From Gammaproteobacteria bacterium (lineage in GTDB: Bacteria; Pseudomonadota; Gammaproteobacteria; GRL18), in contig JAUJGA010000165.1 in NCBI GenBank assembly GCA_042095675.1, forward strand, positions 1 to 41,405: a stretch of DNA of 41,405 nt, written 5' to 3'. A model generated the notes under the pieces. It saw only the letters and a program-made list of their open reading frames with translations. It had not been told where the DNA came from and did not search any database. Below are positions 30,983-38,119 of this stretch, piece after piece (position 1 is the first letter of the stretch; every line of letters begins with the position of its first letter). A program made the position numbers and the translations under genes.

Positions 30983-31714
30983 TTATTTGCCTTTAAAAGT
31001 AAAATCAACAGTGGCTGCAGCACCGGCTTTTACATCTGCTTTGCCTTTTTGTTCACCTAAAGTTCCATGCCATGCTTTAACTTTATATTTGCCAGCAGGG
31101 ATATCATTGATAGTATAAGTACCATCTTCAGCAACTACGGCGTAGTATGGGTTTTTTGCAACAAAAACAAAGCCATGCATAAAGTCATGAGCATCACACT
31201 CTATTTTCATACCTGCACCACGCTTAAGTTTTACTTTCTTTTTAGTCACGGAGCCTTGTTTTGGCTGACTGACATTCATTACTGTCTTTTTGGCACGTCC
31301 CATAATTTCATAGGTATGAATATTATGTAAAACAGGATCAGAGTTAGTGGCTTCAAACATACTGCCATTTGTCATGATACTCATGAATGGCATAAAGTCA
31401 CAGCCTTTTTGAGCAATCTTAGCTTCAATTTTGTCAAATTTCTTACCGGACTTTACTTTATCTAAGTAAACCACAACGTTTCTTAAAGTACCGTCCTTAA
31501 CATCGACATAATCAATAACACGATCAGCTGTACCACAAGTATCAGTATCTTTGGCTACTTTATATACCTGAGCTGCTTTATCTTTGCCAGTAAAATTTAT
31601 TTTACCAGTGATAGAACCACCATTGGTGACATCAACCACTTTATAAGCGGCCATGGCCGGCATAGTGATGGCTGCTGCAGTGACTAATGCAATTGATGTT
31701 ATTAATTTTTTCAT
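30983..31714 (-). CDS. Periplasmic cupredoxin / carboxypeptidase-regulatory-like domain protein
   Basis: Sec signal (AMA|AY); N-S-D-P-V-L-H-N-I-H and C-D-A-H-D-F-M type-1 copper ligand pattern; DG.YTI.DIPAGKY.VKAWH. Confidence 0.75.
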   Translation of the reverse strand: MKKLITSIALVTAAAITMPAMAAYKVVDVTNGGSITGKINFTGKDKAAQVYKVAKDTDTCGTADRVIDYVDVKDGTLRNVVVYLDKVKSGKKFDKIEAKIAQKGCDFMPFMSIMTNGSMFEATNSDPVLHNIHTYEIMGRAKKTVMNVSQPKQGSVTKKKVKLKRGAGMKIECDAHDFMHGFVFVAKNPYYAVVAEDGTYTINDIPAGKYKVKAWHGTLGEQKGKADVKAGAAATVDFTFKGK

Positions 31715-31763
31715 AGTTTATTTTCCTGATTTTTAATAATTTTTTAAGTAATGAGTTTTAAGA

Positions 31764-34265
31764 TTAGGCTGCTTGTAGTTGCTCTTCATCCGGACTCATA
31801 ACCACTTCCAGCATTTCCATCACATAACGTCGATAAGAACTGTCCGGGACATTGTCTAAACGTGTTAATAGTACTTCTGTACTCTTCTCTAAATCTAACT
31901 TTTTCAATAGTTTTGAAATACGTCTTGCAGATTGTCCTTCATCTTTTAGGGCCACATCAACAAATTGATCTATAGCTCCGGTTTGCTGTAATTCAGTTAA
32001 AGCCTCAATTGCTTTCATGGAAACACTATAGTCCTTATCTTCAAGACATTTAAAAATTTCTGCAATGACCTGAGCAGGTTCCACTTTATCAATAATCATT
32101 AACTCAGACTTTTGCTGCTGATTAAGTTGAGCCTTATTTTTGAGTATATAAACCAGACCATCAATGGCCTGTAATCTGACAATATATTCTTCATCAGACA
32201 AATAATCTAGTAAATGCGGTAAAGCTGCAGGATTACCTGAGTGGCTAATAGCATGAATACAGGCAATTCTCATATCAGCATCTTCACTATCTAAAAGAGT
32301 AATCAGTTTGCCAAAAGTATTGCTTAATCCTGGTATCATTGGATTTTTAAGGCTGATTAAAGATAAAGCTTCAGCTGCTTCCTGGCGTAAATGCTCATCT
32401 TCATCATTGAGACATTCAGCAAGTGCACTTACGATCAGTTCGTTATATTGATCATGAATATTATCAGAAAGTAGTCGTGCACAAATGTGACGAGTATCAC
32501 TGGAAGTTTCAATTTTACGCCGTACAATTTTTTTCCCGGCACTAAAATTCTTGCGCATAATCTCCACAAATTCATCCAGTTCTTCCGGTAATTCCTCTGT
32601 AATAAAGGGACCTGTTTCCTTATTATGTGATTTTTGAGCTGCTGTTTCAGGGACAGCGGATAGTGCACTATCGACATTATCCATTGCAATGGCTTCTAAT
32701 GTTGACATTGCAGAACTCACAGGCTGATCATCATGATCAGCAATTAGATGTGTGCTTTCCTCAATATCATTGGCTTCAAATTGTTTGATTATAGACTCGG
32801 AGATATGAATATTATCTGAACAGGCTGCACTTTTATCACAGCTACTGCAATTATCCTCTGTTGGTGCTTCGCCATCATTGCAATCATCCTCAGGCTGGAT
32901 AGTAAATTGCTCACCTTTGAGTGTTGCAAGTAAAATGCTTATGGGTGGGAGTTCCAACTCAGCTGAAGGCTCATCAGCTACTAAATCATCAGTCTGTTCA
33001 TTGACAGGCGATTCATTAGATAGGGTCAATAAAGATTGTAATGCAGCAAAACGAATAGCTTGCTCATTATGATGAACTAATGTTCTTAAATTTAATAGTG
33101 CATCCTTTTTTGTCAGAGAATCAGCAGAATTGATGATAGTACCCAGTGCTAAAATAGCTTCCTTTCTTACCCAGACTGAATGTGTTTCAGATAAGGCCAG
33201 ATTTAAAACAGCTGTCAGATTGATAGCATCACGACTAACACCAGCAAGTTGTGAAGCCTGAGTCAGCACTTTATCATTGGAAGATAATAGGCATTGCTGA
33301 ATTAATTGTTGGTTTTCTTCACTAAGATTCTTAATAATGGGATTAATTCTTTCCTGTTCTATAAAAAAAGATAATACAGCTGTTTGCAGTTCAAAATCTG
33401 ATTCTGAGAGGAAGGTCGCAATCTGATTAAAATCTAATTCCTCATTGATTTGAGCTTCTGTTGCTAATTGCTGTAGAACTTTTAATGCAGCCTGTTTTAC
33501 ATTGGCATCAGGATCACGCAGACTCATGATAATAGCTTTTATATATTGACTGGCTTTTCGTTTTCCCAGGGCATACAAAACATTTTCACGGGTTTGAGCT
33601 GATTTACTGAGCAGAGCACGGCCTAAGGCCTGTATGGTTTCTTTACTATCTGAAAAACCAAGTGCAGTGGCAGCTCGTCGTTGATGTTTCTCTATAATAT
33701 CGCCTGAATTATTATTCAGTCGATTAATGAGGTATTCATCTGCTTCACCTCCGATTCTTGCCATAGACTTGAGTACAATGGCTTCAATGTCCTGGCTAAA
33801 CTCATCTTCTAAGACATTTTTCAATACGGGGAAGGCTTTTTCAATTTTCATTTCACCCAGTATAACAATCGCTTTTTCCTGTAGGTCCCACCAGCCATCC
33901 CAATCTGCATTTTGATCAAAATCCATTTCTTCGGGACGATCCTCAGCAAGTTTTAATAAAATATCAATGGCATCCTGACTTTGAAAGTGTGCGAGAGACT
34001 CAGTAATAGCAAGTTTTACATCTTCATCCGGATCTTTTTCCAGTGACTCTAAAAGCAAAGGAATAGCAGAAAAATCCTTAATTTTTCCCAGGGCATAAAT
34101 CGCATCGATACAAACATCAATGTCTTCATCTTTAATGCGTTCTAATAATGCATTAGTAGCTGTTGTTACTTTGAGATTGCCCAAAGTTTTTGCTGCATAG
34201 CAACGATCAACTTCATCGCCGGATTCAAGGTAGTTTAATAATCGCTCAGTCACTTTTTGCTGCAT
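31764..34265 (-). CDS. Large HEAT/PBS-lyase-like repeat protein
   Basis: Repeated L.D.D..VR..A..ALG pattern; acidic Cys-containing insert. Start moved to MQQKVT (34265), downstream of the sigma54 promoter. Confidence 0.85.
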   Translation of the reverse strand: MQQKVTERLLNYLESGDEVDRCYAAKTLGNLKVTTATNALLERIKDEDIDVCIDAIYALGKIKDFSAIPLLLESLEKDPDEDVKLAITESLAHFQSQDAIDILLKLAEDRPEEMDFDQNADWDGWWDLQEKAIVILGEMKIEKAFPVLKNVLEDEFSQDIEAIVLKSMARIGGEADEYLINRLNNNSGDIIEKHQRRAATALGFSDSKETIQALGRALLSKSAQTRENVLYALGKRKASQYIKAIIMSLRDPDANVKQAALKVLQQLATEAQINEELDFNQIATFLSESDFELQTAVLSFFIEQERINPIIKNLSEENQQLIQQCLLSSNDKVLTQASQLAGVSRDAINLTAVLNLALSETHSVWVRKEAILALGTIINSADSLTKKDALLNLRTLVHHNEQAIRFAALQSLLTLSNESPVNEQTDDLVADEPSAELELPPISILLATLKGEQFTIQPEDDCNDGEAPTEDNCSSCDKSAACSDNIHISESIIKQFEANDIEESTHLIADHDDQPVSSAMSTLEAIAMDNVDSALSAVPETAAQKSHNKETGPFITEELPEELDEFVEIMRKNFSAGKKIVRRKIETSSDTRHICARLLSDNIHDQYNELIVSALAECLNDEDEHLRQEAAEALSLISLKNPMIPGLSNTFGKLITLLDSEDADMRIACIHAISHSGNPAALPHLLDYLSDEEYIVRLQAIDGLVYILKNKAQLNQQQKSELMIIDKVEPAQVIAEIFKCLEDKDYSVSMKAIEALTELQQTGAIDQFVDVALKDEGQSARRISKLLKKLDLEKSTEVLLTRLDNVPDSSYRRYVMEMLEVVMSPDEEQLQAA

Positions 34266-34361
34266 TGTACTATGTATCCCTGTTTGCAAAATTGTTGGCA
34301 AAAAATACTCCATATTAAGAAGATTGTATTTTCTAGTTTTAATAGAAAAGTTTATTGAATG

Positions 34362-34378
34362 AGCAAGTACTGTACCAG
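34362..34378 (-). promoter_or_regulatory. Sigma54 promoter of the HEAT-to-SCO run
   Basis: Minus strand CTGGTACAGTACTTGCT, a near-perfect TGGYAC-N5-TTGCW. Confidence 0.78.
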
Positions 34379-34535
34379 ATAATTTTATTTTAAATGCTTT
34401 AACATAAAATCGTCTTAATTCAAATAGATAGTACATCGATTAGTATATGCAAAGATTAATTAGCTATTTTCCCTGAAACTTTTTATAAAAATATTAGGCT
34501 GGTTTTGAACAGATTATATTAGTTTTTATAAACTT

Positions 34536-34554
34536 ATTGAACAATTTGTTCAAT
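34536..34554. promoter_or_regulatory. Palindromic upstream activator site, copy 2
   Basis: ATTGAACAA-T-TTGTTCAAT between divergent sigma54 promoters; half-site TTGAACAG at 34505; related TGAACA-TAT-TGTTCT at 34725-34739. Confidence 0.75.
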
Positions 34555-34667
34555 TATAATTTTATTTCAAACTTTGTATGCTTAAAAAAAAGTTTAAAAA
34601 TTGATTTTTTTTTTATAAATATATGATTTTATAAAATTTTATATTTATTTGTTTTAGTATTTTTTTG

Positions 34668-34684
34668 TTGGTATATTTGTTGCA
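34668..34684 (+). promoter_or_regulatory. Sigma54 promoter of the bd-like operon
   Basis: TTGGTATATTTGTTGCA = TGG-N10-GCA; GG about 125 bp from the palindrome centre. Confidence 0.75.
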
Positions 34685-34775
34685 GTCTTCCCTCGGAATA
34701 CAAGAAAAACTCATAAGTTTGCTATGAACATATTGTTCTATGGTTTGAAAAATAGGTTTTATAAATACTTTAAGG

Positions 34776-34949
34776 ATGGTTATTTTGTCTAGTGAAAAAA
34801 ATAATTCGGATTTAGATAATACGCTTAATACTTCATTACATGATGATGCGACATGGGGACCCTGGGTGTTACGTCTGACTCTGGCAGGTACTTTGATATT
34901 TATGTGGTGGCTGGTTATTTATGATCATGGTGTGGTTTCTCATCATTAA
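34776..34949 (+). CDS. 54-57 aa single-TM micro-protein (not in ORF track)
   Basis: (MVI)LSSEKNNSDLDNTLNTSLHDDATWGPWVLRLTLAGTLIFMWWLVIYDHGVVSHH*; the AAGGA RBS favours TTG at 34785. Confidence 0.7.
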   Translation: MVILSSEKNNSDLDNTLNTSLHDDATWGPWVLRLTLAGTLIFMWWLVIYDHGVVSHH

Positions 34950-34962
34950 GGCTGGAGAAAAA

Positions 34963-35088
34963 ATGAAAACATTGAAAAACTGGTTATTATCCTTTGTCAT
35001 TGCATTTGCCGTATTCTATCTTATGGATCATGCCATAATGTCCATGCAGGGCTTACCGCTTAATATGACTATGACCCCAGCTCAATAG
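34963..35088 (+). CDS. 41-aa single-TM micro-protein (not in ORF track)
   Basis: GGAG RBS; MKTLKNWLLSFVIAFAVFYLMDHAIMSMQGLPLNMTMTPAQ*. Confidence 0.72.
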   Translation: MKTLKNWLLSFVIAFAVFYLMDHAIMSMQGLPLNMTMTPAQ

Positions 35089-35123
35089 TTACCCATGAAA
35101 TATAACGTCTTTGGAACAATATC

Positions 35124-36989
35124 ATGTTAACTTATTTATTTAAACCTTTTGCAAATATAGAAAAGGGCGAGGCAAAGCAGTTTCTGCTGCCAGTCATTTT
35201 GCTTTTGCTCACCATACTTAGTGTGATGCTCTTGACTACGGAGCTTGCCTGGTCATCGGAGACTGCAAGTGTTGTAGAAACAGCTGGAGAAGTTTCTGAA
35301 CCTGTTATAGAAAAGAAAGTAGCTCCTAAAATGGGACCTTCTGATTATCGTCAGATTGGTTCGGTGAGTAGTCGTGCCTTTGTCTGGGTTGTTGCACAGT
35401 TACACCTCTTTCTTGCTGCCTTTGTATTGGCGGTACCACTTTTTGTTACTGTCATTGAATGGATTGGAGTGAAAACCGGCGATCAGCGCTATGATGATAT
35501 GGCCCATGAATTTATGAAAGTCTCTATGACAGCTTATTCATTAACAGCATTGTTTGGCGGTACTCTGGCTTTTTCATTATTCCTGCTTTATCCCACTTTT
35601 ATGGCCTATATGATGGAAGTGTTTGGTAATCAGGTTATTGTTTATGCCATGTTATTCTTTTTAGAAAGTGGTGTGTTATACATCTATTATTATAGCTGGT
35701 ATGCACTGCGTTATGGTAATAAGAAATATGTTCACCTGTCCTTAGGTGTCCTGCTTAATTGTGTAGGTACCACTTTGTTGTTTGTTGCCAATGCATGGGC
35801 TACCTTTATGATGGCTCCATCTGGTGTCAATGAAGCGGGAGCTGTAACCGGTGGAATCTGGGATATTATGCGTGGGCCTTTGTGGAACCCTCTGAACTTA
35901 CATCGTTTTGTGGCCAATATTGCCTTTGGTGGTGCAGTAGTGGGAGCTTATGCTGGTTATAAAATGCTTAGTGCTCGTACCATGGCACAGCGTGCTCATT
36001 ATGACTGGATGGGATATACCTCGAATTTTATTGCCGTACTAGCCTTTTTACCCTTACCTTTTGCCGGCTATTGGTTAATGGCAGAAATTTATGCCTACTC
36101 ACAGCAGATGGGTATTACTGCTATGGGTGGTATTCTGGCCTGGTTATTTATTGTTCAGGCAGTTCTGATTGGTACGATTTTATTAGCAGCTAATTATTAT
36201 TTATGGAATGGAATGTCGCGTTGTGACGGCTCTAAACGCTATACCTGGCTGATCAAATATATTGCTTTTACCCTGGTAGTAAGCTTCCTTATCTGGGTAA
36301 CACCGCATACTTTGATCTTAACGGCTAAAGAAATTGCTACCCTGGGGGGATCGCATCATCCTCTATTAGGGCCATTTGGTATTATGCCGGCAAAAAATAT
36401 TGCCGTGAATCTAATGCTGATCGGTACTTTTCTATCATTTCAATTGTATCGCCGTTCAGATAAAGAAATTACGGTTGCCTGGGCTGGCTTTGGTAATGCC
36501 TTGATGGCAGTTATCTATATTGTAGCCATTGCCAATGTGATTTTCCTTGGGGTTTATTATGGTTACTTTACTAATACCGTTTATAAAGTAGGTTCTTCAG
36601 TGGCTCAGGTGATGTCTACTTTAATTGTTATTGTTGCCGGAGTCACTATTGATACTTTGATGTTTAAAGGAGCAAAGACTCTGCCTGTGACCTGGGGTAA
36701 AATTTCTAACCGGGGTGTTTATGCATTATTTGCACTGCCAATCGCTTTTACCTGGCTGATGGCCTTAATGGGCTATGTGCGTTCTTCTGTGCGAACTCAC
36801 TGGCATGTTTATACGGTGATAAAGGACAATTCAACAGATAACTTTATTCCTAATATCGGTTATGCGGCGAATATGATGACAGTGGCGACAGTGGCCTTTC
36901 TCATCCTGATTTTATTTATTTTCTGGGTCGCATCTTTGAGTGAGACAAAACAGGAATTACCTGTGAACAAAAACGAAAATAATTATTAA
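35124..36989 (+). CDS. Cytochrome bd-like (CydA-superfamily, non-canonical) membrane subunit
   Basis: QLHLF and LHRFVAN equivalent to the CydA heme-ligand His helices; FFLES..LYIY, ANAWATFMMAP.G; no Q-loop, and MGYVRSSVR in place of E.GRQPW. Confidence 0.78.
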   Translation: MLTYLFKPFANIEKGEAKQFLLPVILLLLTILSVMLLTTELAWSSETASVVETAGEVSEPVIEKKVAPKMGPSDYRQIGSVSSRAFVWVVAQLHLFLAAFVLAVPLFVTVIEWIGVKTGDQRYDDMAHEFMKVSMTAYSLTALFGGTLAFSLFLLYPTFMAYMMEVFGNQVIVYAMLFFLESGVLYIYYYSWYALRYGNKKYVHLSLGVLLNCVGTTLLFVANAWATFMMAPSGVNEAGAVTGGIWDIMRGPLWNPLNLHRFVANIAFGGAVVGAYAGYKMLSARTMAQRAHYDWMGYTSNFIAVLAFLPLPFAGYWLMAEIYAYSQQMGITAMGGILAWLFIVQAVLIGTILLAANYYLWNGMSRCDGSKRYTWLIKYIAFTLVVSFLIWVTPHTLILTAKEIATLGGSHHPLLGPFGIMPAKNIAVNLMLIGTFLSFQLYRRSDKEITVAWAGFGNALMAVIYIVAIANVIFLGVYYGYFTNTVYKVGSSVAQVMSTLIVIVAGVTIDTLMFKGAKTLPVTWGKISNRGVYALFALPIAFTWLMALMGYVRSSVRTHWHVYTVIKDNSTDNFIPNIGYAANMMTVATVAFLILILFIFWVASLSETKQELPVNKNENNY

Positions 36990-37016
36990 GAGCCATCAGC
37001 CAATAAAATTTTGCCG

Positions 37017-37054
37017 CTGTTGCTTTGCCAACATTTTTCCTGCAAAGCGACAGT
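37017..37054 (+). other. Intra-operon hairpin
   Basis: GCTGTTGCTTTGC...GCAAAGCGACAGT between the bd-like gene and the cytochrome c gene, with no U-run. Confidence 0.45.
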
Positions 37055-37111
37055 GATAAATTTTCATGTTTGATAAGAGCACATTAGAAAAATTTTAAGG
37101 GAAATCCAATA

Positions 37112-38119
37112 ATGGAAGTCACACAAGAAGAATTTATTAAGGAAGAGGGTGGTCTTCCTATTATTGTTAAAGTACTTTCCTTTATGCTTTTTATGATATT
37201 GGTTTTTACCGGAATTTCTAACTTATTACCCCAGGTAGAAGGGCAGGCACCCAAGGATATAAAAGTAGATTTAGGGGCTTTGACCATGGAAAGTTATATT
37301 GCCATGGGAGAGACTTTATTCTCAGGCAAGGGAACCTGTACCCTATGTCACAACAATATGGGACGTGCTCCTGATATTCCGGTAATGGATATGGAAGCAA
37401 CAGCCATGGAACGTTTGAAAGATCCAGAATATAAAGGTAAGGCAAAGGATTCTGAAAGTTATTTTAGAGAGTCAATGATTGCTCCTAGTGAATATATTGT
37501 GGCTGGTTTTGGCAAGCAGGGTGATACTTCCACTATGCCGATTATTAATAAGGCACCGATTGAATTAACAGAAGTTGAAATGAGTGCTATTGTGGCCTAT
37601 CTGCAAGCTAAAGATGGTGGACAGCCTACTGTTGAATTACCTACGGATGCACCAGCTATTGATGCAAGTCCTGCTGCATCAGCAGAACCTCCTAAGCCAG
37701 CTGAAAATGCACAAGCAGTATTGACCAAAAATGGCTGTACTGCCTGTCATGCAGTATTAGAAAGTCCATCAACCATTGGGCCTGAGTTAAAAGCAGTGGG
37801 CTCTCGCTTATCCAAAGAAGAAATTCGCCAAAGTATTATTGATCCTGCTGCTGTCATTGCTGAAGGCTTCCCACCCATTATGCCGCCGGATTTTGCAGAC
37901 AAGATGATGGTTAGAGAACTGGAAATGGTTGTTGATTTCTTATATGCCAGTAAAGGCTCAGCAGTTAATGCAGATACTGAAAAAACAGAAGCTGTTGAAG
38001 AAGGTAAAAAGTTGGCTGCTGATGCGGAAACAGTAGATTCTATGAAAGTGGAAGATGTTTTAGTAGAAGAACAAATAGAAAATATGGAAGACACTACCGA
38101 GCAAAAGGGTAAAGAATAA
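37112..38119 (+). CDS. Membrane-anchored diheme cytochrome c
   Basis: N-terminal TM; CTLCH and CTACH; ES.I.P...I..GF...MP distal Met motifs; acidic tail. Confidence 0.88.
   Translation: MEVTQEEFIKEEGGLPIIVKVLSFMLFMILVFTGISNLLPQVEGQAPKDIKVDLGALTMESYIAMGETLFSGKGTCTLCHNNMGRAPDIPVMDMEATAMERLKDPEYKGKAKDSESYFRESMIAPSEYIVAGFGKQGDTSTMPIINKAPIELTEVEMSAIVAYLQAKDGGQPTVELPTDAPAIDASPAASAEPPKPAENAQAVLTKNGCTACHAVLESPSTIGPELKAVGSRLSKEEIRQSIIDPAAVIAEGFPPIMPPDFADKMMVRELEMVVDFLYASKGSAVNADTEKTEAVEEGKKLAADAETVDSMKVEDVLVEEQIENMEDTTEQKGKE

Noticed and set aside
30413-31118. Short ORFs or a CRISPR array in the repeat region
   Set aside because: The ORFs are by-products of the palindromic element; the repeats are inverted, not regularly spaced direct repeats, and no cas genes are present.
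34266-34436. N-terminal extension of the HEAT ORF (and similar extensions at 1819-1962 and 4145-4216)
   Set aside because: They overlap a promoter or neighbouring genes; downstream ATGs fit better.
35124-36989. Canonical cydA
   Set aside because: No Q-loop, no GRQPW motif and no cydB.
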